Of a stretch of DNA of 59,557 nucleotides, positions 39,295-49,906 are shown piece after piece. Under the pieces are notes generated by a model. That model was not told the origin of the DNA. It searched no databases and was given only the letters and a program-made list of their open reading frames with translations. Position numbers and translations under genes: made by a program. Origin of the DNA: a virus. Its lineage: Duplodnaviria; Caudoviricetes. The number at the start of each line of letters is the position of its first letter. Position 1 is the first letter of the stretch. The stretch lies in IMG/VR virus record IMGVR_UViG_3300018080_000200, positions 1 to 59,557 of that record; one strand, written 5' to 3'.

Positions 39295-41562
39295 ATGGAT
39301 TATCAATCACCTTTAAGCCTAGGTCTGGATGGGTTGCCAGGCAACGCCAGTTCCAAATGGACTGGAGAACTGCCGTTGGATGGTGCTGCGTTCCAATTGT
39401 TACAGCAGCACCTCCAGAATAACACATTTTTGCAGCTAGGCCGCATCCTAGATGTAGTCGCAGGGGCGTATACCGCTCAAGTGAATACTGGATTAGGAAC
39501 GTACGCCGCCCGGTGGTGCTCGGAAAGCGTTGGTGGTTTATTCGGGAATGGTACTATTTGTACTCCTCAGTACGGCGACTATGCCGTTATCTTTAACCCA
39601 CCTTCTGGTATGCCGGTCATCCTAGGATGTATCCCACCAGAAGGGTTTTCTACAAGCGGAGTCCTCTATAGAGCACTACTAGGGGGTTCCGTTTCTGCAT
39701 TTACTGAAGAGGCACACTCCGGCATCTGGAGAGGTCCCGATCAGGGTGCCATCATCCCTTTTAATGCTGGCCGCCCTGTAGATGTGTTCCCAGGAGACAG
39801 TGGCTGGTGTAATGAGGACGGCGGTGTACTCGGACTGTTCAAAGGGACTATAGCTCTTCTTAAAGCATCCGAACTAGCACAGATACAAGCTATTAGCGTA
39901 GACGACTTAGTACGTATAGTAGCTAGAACCTACCAGGTGTACCATGCCTTAGGTGAAACCCACCTCTATGATGATGAAGGGTACGTAAACTCTGAAATCT
40001 CTATCGGAATCCAGAGTTGGGAGCCTTTAGGTAAAGACGAAGAAGGGCAGGAGATTGGAAGTGAAGTCTCCGACCCGGACGATGGGTACTACGAATTAGA
40101 AGAGAGTAATGACCCAAAGGCAAGAGTACAAATACATGCCGGTTGGCTCGGAGACTTGTTGCGAATCTACACACAAACTACAGATAATAAGGGATTAAGT
40201 CGTTTACACTTCGATGATGAAGGCAGGATTAGTCTGCATTCTACCAAGGAGGTCTTACTTAGACGAGTAAACGAAATCCCCATACCTCATAGACTAAAAG
40301 ACCCACAGGACCCGGAGGGAGATACTAACATAACGCCGTCTGACATTACGCCCTATACTTGGAATGAGACTCACATCGATGGTCGCGGTTTGGAAGAGGT
40401 AGACTTCTTAAAATATACAGAAGAAGTAGGGTCTCAGAGACGATTTAATGATTACTCTAAGGATTGGGAACTAGTAAGGGAAGAAGTAGAGACTAAAGCG
40501 GACGGCCTCATCCATATTAGAGATGACGGAAGTATTGTCTTTAGAAGTAACTCAGGTAGCACCATAGAGATGAACTCTGCTGGCGATATCATACTCGCCC
40601 CGGCCAGGGATCTTCTTCTTCAATCTGGGCGAGACCTTATTGCACTAACTTCAGGAAATACTAGTATTCGTACAAATAAGCACTGCACACTTAGTTGCGA
40701 TTTTGGCGACGTCAGAGTAAAAGCGGATAGTAATCTTCACATGTTTTCTAAAACAGGGGGCATTCTTTTAGAAACGGAAGGAGATGCTGCGCCAGTTGAC
40801 GCAACAACTGGGGATGAGATGAAATCGGGCGGTATCATTCTTAGGAGCAAGGGAGACGCTCCTATTGTCTTAGACTCTGTGAGTAATACTATACAGCTAG
40901 AGGCAGAGAGCAATATTACGCAGCGGACTAAAGGCTCTGGTGCACGGATACGTTTAGATACCAGTATCATTTCAGGAACAGCTTCGGACCTAATTTCCTT
41001 TACTTCGACTGAGTATGACCTGGAAACTGCAAGTTGGGATGTACAGTGTACTACAGCGGAGATTAAAACGCAGCAGTGTCGCATGGATGGCCGCACAATG
41101 GCTATAACGGGACATAGCTCTTGTCGCATACATGCCCCTAATGGTGTGGACGTTGCCCACAACCATCCACAGTATGAATGGACGTATGTTGGGGATGCCC
41201 ATGGCAAGAACGGAGTGTTTATTAGTAAAAGGAATAGTCCTAGCCCTGCTGTGCCGACTATACGAGAAACACAGGATATCGACTCTCTAGTTCAGCCCTG
41301 GCAGTATACGGAAACCTCAAAGATAAAATTCCTATATAGAGATAACCAGCGCGTGGGCGGATTGTACTACACTCCGTGGCAACTAAACGAACAAGATGAG
41401 AGATCAGAGTGGGACCTAACATACGATAAGATAGAGAACACATTGCCATACCCTGGTGCAGGTGTTACACTATACTCGTACACTCGTAATACAGAACCTA
41501 AGTCTAGTGGAGGCAAATTTGTTGCCACTACTATCTATGTTGGTACTAAAATTGAGGAGTAG
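39295..41562 (+). CDS. Baseplate central spike (gp5/VgrG-like)
   Basis: N-terminal OB-like PQYGDYAVIF..VILGC; beta-helix repeats IHIRDDGSIVFRSNSGSTIEMNSAGDIIL. Confidence 0.65.
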   Translation: MDYQSPLSLGLDGLPGNASSKWTGELPLDGAAFQLLQQHLQNNTFLQLGRILDVVAGAYTAQVNTGLGTYAARWCSESVGGLFGNGTICTPQYGDYAVIFNPPSGMPVILGCIPPEGFSTSGVLYRALLGGSVSAFTEEAHSGIWRGPDQGAIIPFNAGRPVDVFPGDSGWCNEDGGVLGLFKGTIALLKASELAQIQAISVDDLVRIVARTYQVYHALGETHLYDDEGYVNSEISIGIQSWEPLGKDEEGQEIGSEVSDPDDGYYELEESNDPKARVQIHAGWLGDLLRIYTQTTDNKGLSRLHFDDEGRISLHSTKEVLLRRVNEIPIPHRLKDPQDPEGDTNITPSDITPYTWNETHIDGRGLEEVDFLKYTEEVGSQRRFNDYSKDWELVREEVETKADGLIHIRDDGSIVFRSNSGSTIEMNSAGDIILAPARDLLLQSGRDLIALTSGNTSIRTNKHCTLSCDFGDVRVKADSNLHMFSKTGGILLETEGDAAPVDATTGDEMKSGGIILRSKGDAPIVLDSVSNTIQLEAESNITQRTKGSGARIRLDTSIISGTASDLISFTSTEYDLETASWDVQCTTAEIKTQQCRMDGRTMAITGHSSCRIHAPNGVDVAHNHPQYEWTYVGDAHGKNGVFISKRNSPSPAVPTIRETQDIDSLVQPWQYTETSKIKFLYRDNQRVGGLYYTPWQLNEQDERSEWDLTYDKIENTLPYPGAGVTLYSYTRNTEPKSSGGKFVATTIYVGTKIEE

Positions 41563-41565
41563 CCA

Positions 41566-42153
41566 ATGCCTGATGAATTCACAGTACCCCCGGCAGGGGC
41601 CGCAGTAGCCCCGCAGCAGGAAGAACCAGAGAAACAGGATGAGATTCCCGCTATAGGAATGGAAGTTAAAACTCCGCTTAATGAAGACCTACTCCTGGAA
41701 GAAGCTGCAAATATAACAGACGCAATGCGGGATGCGTACCTGGTACACACCATGACAGATGAGCCTTACGAAGAGACCTACGAGGTAGCAAAGGGCGCTC
41801 TAAAAATAACATTTAAATCCAAGTCATTGCAGGATTATCATGCAAGTGTGGATTGGGTTAACTCAAAATTAACGCCGGAAACTACCAATCAACAGTTTTA
41901 TTCCTACGAAGCTTTAGCCGATCTAGCATGTTTCCTTAAAAAAGTTACAGCTATTCATCCAACAGAAGGTAAAGAAGGCACGATAGATTATACGGCCTAC
42001 CCCTTTGCGTCTCGCGTAGAGCATTTACTAAAATTCTCTGGCTCTAAGTTTATCCTGTTCACAGAACTCCTGAGTAGATTTGCGGCGCGTATGGAAGTTA
42101 TGCGCAGAGAGTTACTCGAATCGGGTTTACTACAAGCCGCCATCGTTACTTAA
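41566..42153 (+). CDS. Tail assembly chaperone (gpG-like)
   Basis: Acidic protein upstream of tape measure with a slippery site near its end. Confidence 0.65.
   Translation: MPDEFTVPPAGAAVAPQQEEPEKQDEIPAIGMEVKTPLNEDLLLEEAANITDAMRDAYLVHTMTDEPYEETYEVAKGALKITFKSKSLQDYHASVDWVNSKLTPETTNQQFYSYEALADLACFLKKVTAIHPTEGKEGTIDYTAYPFASRVEHLLKFSGSKFILFTELLSRFAARMEVMRRELLESGLLQAAIVT
42123..42129 (+). other. -1 ribosomal frameshift slippery heptamer G GGT TTA
   Basis: XXXYYYZ in the correct phase; the -1 frame is open from 42123 to the stop at 42611. Confidence 0.7.
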
Positions 42154-42611
42154 TAGCGTACTCCTATGTCAGACAAGGGGCTACTCTTAACTTTAAACCT
42201 AAAACATTACTAGGGTTTATTAGAAATCAAGTAATCTTGGATGTCCATTCTCGTCTACAGGACACAGATTTTATGAAAACCCAAGTAGTGGTGGCGGCTT
42301 CTTTACTAGCATCCGGAATGGAAAACTCCGGGGCTTTACTAAATGACTCTTTACAAAACTACTATCGGCTTATATACTGTGAAGAGTTACCCACCGTTAA
42401 AAAAGAGGATACTGCGGATTTGGCTATGAAAGCAGCAAAGTGGGAGTTCGAGCATGGATTGAGAGACTCCCCATCCTTCCATATATCCGAGTTGGATATT
42501 CTTGCTGCTCGTGCTAGAGAAACAGGGGATAAATCTGCAGCACAGCGCGAGCGTGAACGTTTAGCGAATAGATATAAAGAACTCTTCCCACAAGGTGGTA
42601 CTAGTGGATAG
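42123..42611 (+). CDS. Tail assembly chaperone frameshift extension (gpGT-like)
   Basis: Track ORF 42237..42611 has only a TTG start without SD; its frame is open back to the slippery site. Confidence 0.65.
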   Translation, partial: GFTTSRHRYLIAYSYVRQGATLNFKPKTLLGFIRNQVILDVHSRLQDTDFMKTQVVVAASLLASGMENSGALLNDSLQNYYRLIYCEELPTVKKEDTADLAMKAAKWEFEHGLRDSPSFHISELDILAARARETGDKSAAQRERERLANRYKELFPQGGTSG

Positions 42612-45600
42612 ACAACTTATACAAGGCCTCTTATCTCAATTAGCAGGTGCTATAGGTCTAACTGGTGGCGCTCCGACTAGAACCTCGCACTACACCGGTT
42701 CGGGGGGCTACTACGCTGGTAATATAATGAATTATCAGCCTAATATGCTGACTAGTATAGCCCAAATGGTCTTCCCTGCTATAGGTAGGCAAGCTCCGCA
42801 GAACATGTTACATCAGAGGTGGATGGAAGTTCTTGGGAGGTCGGATCAGCGCGCTAGGCTAGAACAACGACTATCCGGGTATAATCCTCTAGCGGTTATA
42901 TCAGCCACTAGGGGTTTAGAGCGGATGGGGTTCAAAGGTGCTCGTGGACTGTTTATAGATAGAGCCACCGGGCAACCCACTATGATGGGTAATATGCTTT
43001 CCCAGGCTTGGAATATGACTGCTGGACCCTTACTAGGGGATGAAACAGCTGATCGCGGACGCCAAGCAGGACTACTGTATGACACTCTTGCAGGAATAAC
43101 TATGACCAGAAGAGGTAGAATGCCTCAAATGGGTCTTCGGAGCAATGAAGTTGAAGACTTAATGGGTAACTTGGCTGGTAGAACTTACCGAGATCCTAAA
43201 ACAGGGCTATTTAGAAAGGGACGCTTCAACCTGCGTGAGATGGTTGACATTGCCCGTATGGGTGCCGACTATGGTATGTTGTCCGGTGTTGATCCTAAGG
43301 ATCTAGGTAAACGGGTGGAACAATTATCTGAAGTAGTGGCTACAGGACTTTCTGTATACGGGACTTTGTATAAGAGTATGAAAAAAGAAGAAGTCATACA
43401 GAAAGTTATGGAACTTACTGCTGGGACACTTCCAATAACAGAAACAGCCAGTGCTGGCCAACTTCTTATGAAAGTGGATGCTTTAGCAAAGCAGGCTCAC
43501 GTTTCTGTGGAAGTCATGCATAGACTTATGTCGGAAGGGGCCAAGGTGTATGGCCAACTGGGATATACTGGTACTACCGGGGCTATGATGGCGGCGGGCA
43601 CCTACCAGAGAGCGCAACTCCTCCGGCAAGGGTTTAAAGCTAGTGACGTCGGGATGGGTAAAACTCCCGAATTAGCCAGGCCTGTTTTAACAGCACGCGA
43701 ATTAGCAGCAGCAGGAGGAATGTCAGGTACTCAAGCCGCTCTGGAAATGGCACAGACAGCCTGGATGGGCAGTAGCCAATTTAAGAATACTGCATCTCTT
43801 CTTCAGATGGCACAAGATGTAGGTGTGAATCCGAAAACAGTGCAGCAGTATTTTACTATGTCTGGTGAGCCAGGAGGTTTAAACGTAGGGGCTAGGAACT
43901 CCTTGCTCAATTTAATCAAGGCCCGTTACAAAGCGACTGCCGGGCCTGGGCTTTCAGATGCAGCCGCCGATAGAGAAGTACGCAGGTTACTTAAACAAAA
44001 CCAGCAGTATAACACAAATAGATTCACAGAAGGCGTGGCATCGGGGAGATTTACCATCGGTACAGGGCCACAGCAGCGTAGCACCGATATCATGGATATA
44101 CAGCGTCGTGGTAGAATCGCACAGGTAACTGAAGCTATAGCTGGGGTGACTCCGGACGACAGCGAAGAGCGTAGGCGCCTAATGCTGCGTGGTGAGGAGT
44201 TTGCAAAATTAACAACAGGGCAGCGTGAGCAACTTCTTGAGCAAAAGAGAGCCGTTGTTCAGCAGTTTTATCAAAAGAATTTTGGTTGGACAGAGGCTCA
44301 AGCTCGCGTGGTTGCAAAAGAATCGATAAGAATCTTCCAGGGTGGGGCCAACGATCCCTATTTTAGGCTTGCGCGTATGCGTATGCGAGACGCTACCGCG
44401 TCTGCACTAGAGGCTAGAGCAACTGAAAGAGAGGCTAGAGGCTTACCTAGACCTATGGAGAGACTTTGGAATGTCATCAAAAGGGAATCCTCTCAGGGAG
44501 TCGGGGAGTATATTAAGGCCCTTCTACCACAAGAGGAGGTTCTCTCACTTATAAATATGAAGGATGTGGCTGCTGGGAAGACAATATTTGACCCAGAGCT
44601 TATAAAGAAAAGAGAGTTAACCCCGAAGGCTTTAGCAGCAGTGGAAAATAAGCTGCTACAAGTACTCCCCTGGATGTACGATCCTACTACCAGAGGAGCC
44701 TACGCAGGCATGAAACTTCTCACTGGCCGTAGCAGTTTTAGCGTGGCAAAAGGGATGTCACAGTTTAAAACACTGCGTGGAATAATGGAGGATGTTGGGA
44801 GCACTACTAGAGCTGATGCTATTGGGAAACTCGGTAAGAATTTAGGAATAGCGGCAGCCGACAGAGAAGGCTTCGCGACACAATTAAGTGAATTTTTTGA
44901 TAAGCGCGATCTTAATATGGCCTCTATGGAAGAATTTATTAAAGGACAGGGTTACTCTGAGCAGTACAAGAAAGCGCCGGAAGAGAATATGAAGAATATG
45001 CTAGCCCTTCTTAGAGGCAGTAATAAGGGTAAGTATGACACCTTTATGAGAGATTTCCAGGATACAAGGCAGGTTATTGAAAATATTAGGCTAAAGTCTG
45101 GAGGTAAAGGCTTCGAGGAAATACTAAAAGAGCGGGGGATACCAGAACTCATCAGAGTTTGGAAGGCCGGTACTGCGGATGATGCCCAAAAAGACAGAAT
45201 AAAAGCATCTTTCAGAGTATCGAAAGTTACAACATTCGCGGATTTTGCGAAAGATATAGCCTTAAAATCTCAAAAAGCAGTAGGATTAGCCGCAGAAGAA
45301 CAAAAAGCATTACGTAAAAAGCAAGTCGATACCTTAGTTGAGGATAAAGGAATATTATTAGCCTATGCTAAGAAGGGTCTAACAGAAATCTCTGACAGGA
45401 AGAAACGAGCTGCGAGGCATCTACTAGGGTTTGAGAAAGAAAGTGACTTCCGTGAGTTTGCTACCCAAGAATTGGAGACATTATCCCAGTTAGCCGGAAA
45501 GCCTGAGGAAAAGAGGGCAAAGGGTTTTAGAAAATTTATTGGCAAAATGCAGCAAAGGCTCGAAGAAAGAGGTACGGCTAAGACTGGAATGCGGATGGAG

Positions 45601-45873
45601 AATATGGTAAACTTGTTACAAGCCATGATGAGCACGGCTGGAACAGGAGTATCTAAGAAATTGTTAGGGACTTTTAGCGCTGGGATACAAAAAGCCGAGA
45701 AAGAGTGGGGTATAAACACTTCTCAAAAGATAGCACAGGCCTCACAGGAGACTGCTAACAACACAAAACAGATGAAAGAAGACCTCACCGCAATAAAGAA
45801 CAATACTAAACAGAAGACAGATAAAGGCATTCCGCAGCATACAGCTAAAAAACCTAGTGTAACAAGGCGATAA
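42595..45873 (+). CDS. Tape measure protein
   Basis: 1092-aa helical A/G/M/R-rich protein after the chaperone pair and before baseplate genes. Confidence 0.75.
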   Translation: MVLVDRQLIQGLLSQLAGAIGLTGGAPTRTSHYTGSGGYYAGNIMNYQPNMLTSIAQMVFPAIGRQAPQNMLHQRWMEVLGRSDQRARLEQRLSGYNPLAVISATRGLERMGFKGARGLFIDRATGQPTMMGNMLSQAWNMTAGPLLGDETADRGRQAGLLYDTLAGITMTRRGRMPQMGLRSNEVEDLMGNLAGRTYRDPKTGLFRKGRFNLREMVDIARMGADYGMLSGVDPKDLGKRVEQLSEVVATGLSVYGTLYKSMKKEEVIQKVMELTAGTLPITETASAGQLLMKVDALAKQAHVSVEVMHRLMSEGAKVYGQLGYTGTTGAMMAAGTYQRAQLLRQGFKASDVGMGKTPELARPVLTARELAAAGGMSGTQAALEMAQTAWMGSSQFKNTASLLQMAQDVGVNPKTVQQYFTMSGEPGGLNVGARNSLLNLIKARYKATAGPGLSDAAADREVRRLLKQNQQYNTNRFTEGVASGRFTIGTGPQQRSTDIMDIQRRGRIAQVTEAIAGVTPDDSEERRRLMLRGEEFAKLTTGQREQLLEQKRAVVQQFYQKNFGWTEAQARVVAKESIRIFQGGANDPYFRLARMRMRDATASALEARATEREARGLPRPMERLWNVIKRESSQGVGEYIKALLPQEEVLSLINMKDVAAGKTIFDPELIKKRELTPKALAAVENKLLQVLPWMYDPTTRGAYAGMKLLTGRSSFSVAKGMSQFKTLRGIMEDVGSTTRADAIGKLGKNLGIAAADREGFATQLSEFFDKRDLNMASMEEFIKGQGYSEQYKKAPEENMKNMLALLRGSNKGKYDTFMRDFQDTRQVIENIRLKSGGKGFEEILKERGIPELIRVWKAGTADDAQKDRIKASFRVSKVTTFADFAKDIALKSQKAVGLAAEEQKALRKKQVDTLVEDKGILLAYAKKGLTEISDRKKRAARHLLGFEKESDFREFATQELETLSQLAGKPEEKRAKGFRKFIGKMQQRLEERGTAKTGMRMENMVNLLQAMMSTAGTGVSKKLLGTFSAGIQKAEKEWGINTSQKIAQASQETANNTKQMKEDLTAIKNNTKQKTDKGIPQHTAKKPSVTRR

Positions 45874-45874
45874 G

Positions 45875-46024
45875 ATGAGTAAAAACCAACTGCCGTTAAC
45901 CGCTATGGCTCACTTTGAGCATTGTCTTTACACTATTCAAAATAAAGATAAGACACTTAGTACGCTACCCCCGTATACAGCAGCGAAAGAGAATGGCGTA
46001 ACAGACTTTAATGAGGAAAGCTAA
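45875..46024 (+). CDS. Small ORF not in the ORF track (49 aa)
   Basis: ATG 1 nt after the TMP stop; stop overlaps next start (TAATG); MSKNQLPLTAMAHFEHC... Confidence 0.5.
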   Translation: MSKNQLPLTAMAHFEHCLYTIQNKDKTLSTLPPYTAAKENGVTDFNEES

Positions 46025-46518
46025 TGTCAATCTTTGGCAATTCCTGGCATAACTCGTATAGAGCTACAACTAAAACTTCCGACTCTGAATCGCTAATAGT
46101 TTTCGGAGATCGCCAGGAATTAACTTGGCCGGTTATCTTTAACTCATACCGCCTAGAAGAGAGCGAGCGTTTACAGGTCTTAGAGACTTTTAACGACTTA
46201 GTGCACGTATATGCTTACGGTAGGAGTATCGGCAGGTTAACTCTTGGTGGAATGGTGATGCCATCGGGGACGTTCCCAGGGATAACTGATAATCTCCATA
46301 CAGCACTTATGAAGAAGTACCAGGAGGACCTTAGAGCATTTAAGCGCGCCTCTAACGCTGGTAATGAGTATATTAGAATAGCTGGCCCTAGGGGTCTGTA
46401 CTTGGATGGCATACTAGGGGGCCTTCTTCTAGAAGTGACCGCTGAAACCGATAGTATAGCGGCAGTAACTCTAAGCCTTCTTCTACCCCATCCCCTAGAG
46501 GATAGCCAAACGACATGA
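46024..46518 (+). CDS. Tube-like baseplate protein (tube initiator)
   Basis: ERLQVLETFNDLVHVYAYGRSIGRLTLGG echoes the tube pattern. Confidence 0.6.
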   Translation: MSIFGNSWHNSYRATTKTSDSESLIVFGDRQELTWPVIFNSYRLEESERLQVLETFNDLVHVYAYGRSIGRLTLGGMVMPSGTFPGITDNLHTALMKKYQEDLRAFKRASNAGNEYIRIAGPRGLYLDGILGGLLLEVTAETDSIAAVTLSLLLPHPLEDSQTT

Positions 46519-46958
46519 TGTTAAACTATAACTACTCTTTGGCACTAAACCAGATCAATACTTTGGCCCCAGAGTACGTCCCAAGTACTTATCCTGGATA
46601 CTTAGAGCGATTGCGTCAAATATTTAGGCTATCGGACCATTCTTCAGCTGTTAAGTTTATCCAAGCCGCCGAAGCCACTGAGTTATTCCTGTATTTACCA
46701 CGCACACTCCGGGAGCATACGCTCAACTTTAGCTCTGGTGCTTACATAGGCGATGGTACATACCCTCTTCCCACTATCTCTAACATACTAAAAACAACAG
46801 ATCTGCAGAAGTTACAGACAGATGCTTCTAAATTTCTGGATTCCTCTATCCTAAATACTCTTGTTTATATCAAGAACACACACTTTACAAGTATCTACGT
46901 AGTTTCTGCAATGGCGATACTCTGGCTGTTTGTAGCCGATTACTATCATAATCAATAA
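46515..46958 (+). CDS. Hypothetical baseplate-region protein
   Basis: ATGA coupling. Confidence 0.55.
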   Translation: MMLNYNYSLALNQINTLAPEYVPSTYPGYLERLRQIFRLSDHSSAVKFIQAAEATELFLYLPRTLREHTLNFSSGAYIGDGTYPLPTISNILKTTDLQKLQTDASKFLDSSILNTLVYIKNTHFTSIYVVSAMAILWLFVADYYHNQ

Positions 46959-46959
46959 C

Positions 46960-48570
46960 ATGCGAACAACGTTTACCCCAGTAGTAGTAGATATAGAAAT
47001 AACTCGAGAGGGAACTACCTTATTCGATTCTTCTTCCGGTACAAAAGCTATATACGTAGCAGAAGTACAAATTTCTAATAGACTTAATAATATTCCTGAG
47101 GCAATTATTGGTATAGGGTTTAGGAACAGAGATGCCCATAAGCAAATACTTAGTATCTTTCCCCAAACTGGCAAGGGGGCTATGTTTGCTAAAGTAGATA
47201 TTACTGTTCGTGGGTTTAGGACAAAAAGGTCTGCTATAACTGAGCCTCATAATATCTTCTCGGGCTACGTAACAGGGTATGGGATATCAAAGAGTTCTAA
47301 GGCAGGAACTCAATATACAATAAACGCTAGAGGGGGTTTATACCTACTTAGCCAGACTCCTATCGCTACTATAGGATTCCACCCAGCTAGTCCTTTTGCT
47401 TGGGGAGTATTTAAACTTAGCTCGATGGGCTCGGATAACACGAATATGGCACCCGGTCAATTACTGGGAGTTGTGGATGTTAGGGATACTGCTTGGCAAA
47501 TATTCTCTCGTATGTTCTCTAGATTCACTGAGGTTATGACTAAATCTAACGCGACTGTTAATTCTGCATTAGGCAATGAATGGCATACAAGGGCTTTCCG
47601 TGCTGCGCAAGAAGCTTTTAAATTAACAGAGGGACAACAGCAGTTTCTAAAAGATGAAATAGCACTAGTAACAGAGTTAGATAACCTTGTACTTCCGTGG
47701 GAGGGAGATCGGGCTGCTGTACACGCCTTTCTTTATAGAGCCTTCACAGATTATCAAGCCACGTTCTGGCACCTCATTATAGAGTTATGCCAGCACTTCG
47801 GGGTTGTAATAATTTCAGTAGGAAATAAAGTATATATTTCAGCATTAACCCCTCTCGACACTTCAGGGATTAACTATTTAGCAGCGGAAGAGACTACATC
47901 TATCGAAGTATCCGACTTCCCGTTTAGCGTACCCACTAGAGTTCTACTAACTGCTCCAAAATATAACAGTTCTGTCTCTGCGGGGCAAATAGACGGTGAT
48001 CCTTTCATATTATACCCCCCAGAGAGTAAATTAACTGAACAAGAGAAAAAAACTGGGGTTAAAACCCTGCTATTTCAAGCCCCGGGGGTAGTCGGAAAAT
48101 TAACTAGTGAAATTAAAATAAAGGCGTATAATGATATAAAACTCCACAAAGAGGTAAGTAGAGATAAAAATAAGCAGTCGGTACAGTCTATGAAGGATGC
48201 TATTGCTAATTTAGATAAACCTAAACTTGGTGAAACCTACGCCGCGTATGTGCTGATGGCTAAAAAGTTTGAACAGCGTTTGGGAACTGTGTTAAGCAGA
48301 TATCGCCCTGATATTATTCCAGGATTTGGAGGTGTTGTCGTAATCGGAGATAACCTAAATATGCTTGGGTACGTAACCGAAGTGACACACAGCCTCAGCG
48401 CTACATCACAAACAGCATTGACTCAAACATTATTCTCTCATGTCCACTACGCGAGTGAATTGACTAATCCGGAGATTATCAAGAATCCCCTATACCCTAG
48501 CTTCGACACGCAGGCTTCTGCTACCAAAATACTCACAGATGTAGGATTCTTGGGAGTGGTGCCCTCATGA
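46960..48570 (+). CDS. Putative baseplate hub protein (gp27-like)
   Basis: IFSGYVTG..YTINARG N-terminus; RPDIIPG..GYVTEVTHSL C-terminus. Confidence 0.6.
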   Translation: MRTTFTPVVVDIEITREGTTLFDSSSGTKAIYVAEVQISNRLNNIPEAIIGIGFRNRDAHKQILSIFPQTGKGAMFAKVDITVRGFRTKRSAITEPHNIFSGYVTGYGISKSSKAGTQYTINARGGLYLLSQTPIATIGFHPASPFAWGVFKLSSMGSDNTNMAPGQLLGVVDVRDTAWQIFSRMFSRFTEVMTKSNATVNSALGNEWHTRAFRAAQEAFKLTEGQQQFLKDEIALVTELDNLVLPWEGDRAAVHAFLYRAFTDYQATFWHLIIELCQHFGVVIISVGNKVYISALTPLDTSGINYLAAEETTSIEVSDFPFSVPTRVLLTAPKYNSSVSAGQIDGDPFILYPPESKLTEQEKKTGVKTLLFQAPGVVGKLTSEIKIKAYNDIKLHKEVSRDKNKQSVQSMKDAIANLDKPKLGETYAAYVLMAKKFEQRLGTVLSRYRPDIIPGFGGVVVIGDNLNMLGYVTEVTHSLSATSQTALTQTLFSHVHYASELTNPEIIKNPLYPSFDTQASATKILTDVGFLGVVPS

Positions 48571-49574
48571 TACAAAATGGGATTACTTTTGGTGATAAGT
48601 TTGAGGGTGGGTACGACATTCTCCAGGGATTGGAAAAAGTTGGGATTTGCCTACTGGCTGCAAAAGACTCTTCCGTGGTGATTGTCAAAAAGGCAGCTAT
48701 ACCAGATAGACTACTAGTACCGGGATTAATACAGCAGGTATGCTGTTTGTATGGCCCCGATAGTGTTTATGTAGACGGTGTTCCGTTGCCATCAACCGTT
48801 ATCTCATCAAAAGGATTAGAGAAAACTGCTTCGGGGTTTTGGTTAAATGTACAAGGGACCTTTGAAAAACTGTCTGCTACCTCTAAAGAGCAAATGGTGT
48901 ATGCTTACGGTGACTGGAAATCTTCTCCGACTAAGAAGAACATGGCGTATGTCCTTAGAACTTTAAACCCAGTCATTAATAGAGAGTTACACACCTACAA
49001 GGGTACTATCCCAGAAACGGTACTACGAGGTATGGCGAAAAAGATAGCCATAGCCTCTGTAAAGAACTATAACCCTAACAGGGGAGCCGCACTTAGTACC
49101 CACTTGGTACACCAGCTGCAGCAACTACACCGAAAGAACTACGAATCCTTTAGTACAGCACGTCTTCCAGAGCACTTACAGCGCGGAGTTGGGGGTTTCT
49201 TACGCGCTAAGAGCTATCTTAGAGACACACTTGGTAGAGAACCAACCGTAGCCGAATTGGCAGACGAAATGAACTGGGGTGTTAAAAACGTAGCACAAAT
49301 TCAGAGACGACTGCGAAATGAGGTAGGTGATAAAGTACTAGAGTTCGACCCCATCCACTCCTCTGAAAGCGAGGAGGATGCTCGGGTAGACTACTTCTAT
49401 AATGATTTGAACCCTCAAGATAAGATTATTTTTGAGCACACCACTCGTTACGGAGGAGCGGAGATACTCCCCAAGAAGGCTATCGCCACAAAACTAAGTA
49501 TTTCCCCTGCAAGGGTGACGCAAAGAGCTAATAATATAGCAAAGAAGTTTAAGGCGGTGTTTAGACAAGGATGA
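48567..49574 (+). CDS. sigma70-family RNA polymerase sigma factor (FliA/SigB-like) with N-terminal extension
   Basis: Region 2 YNPNRGAALSTH, RLPEH; region 3 LGREPTVAELADEM; region 4 LNPQDKII..IATKLSISPARVTQ. Confidence 0.88.
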   Translation: MIQNGITFGDKFEGGYDILQGLEKVGICLLAAKDSSVVIVKKAAIPDRLLVPGLIQQVCCLYGPDSVYVDGVPLPSTVISSKGLEKTASGFWLNVQGTFEKLSATSKEQMVYAYGDWKSSPTKKNMAYVLRTLNPVINRELHTYKGTIPETVLRGMAKKIAIASVKNYNPNRGAALSTHLVHQLQQLHRKNYESFSTARLPEHLQRGVGGFLRAKSYLRDTLGREPTVAELADEMNWGVKNVAQIQRRLRNEVGDKVLEFDPIHSSESEEDARVDYFYNDLNPQDKIIFEHTTRYGGAEILPKKAIATKLSISPARVTQRANNIAKKFKAVFRQG

Positions 49575-49906
49575 GTACAGAATACACAGATTTTGTTACA
49601 GATGAAGCCCAGCAGTGGACAGACTACGCTGAAGCTGTTAAGAATAAACAAAAGCCTGCATGGTATGCCTACACCGAGCGCAGTACCAAGGCTTTAGGAG
49701 CATCCTCCCTTAAAGCGGCTGACTGCCCTAAATCGGCAGGGTATAAAATAGCCGGGGATGCTATTGCCCTTAGGAAGAGGGCGGTAATGATGCGTAATAG
49801 GAAGAGAAACCACTTCTTTACATTTGCAGTTGTTCACGCGCAAAGTAAAGCGGACCAGTTAAACGCACAACTAGGTATTGTAAGAGAACTAACAGAAGAC
49901 TTCTGA
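49571..49906 (+). CDS. Hypothetical protein
   Basis: ATGA/TGATG coupling on both sides. Confidence 0.6.
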   Translation: MSTEYTDFVTDEAQQWTDYAEAVKNKQKPAWYAYTERSTKALGASSLKAADCPKSAGYKIAGDAIALRKRAVMMRNRKRNHFFTFAVVHAQSKADQLNAQLGIVRELTEDF

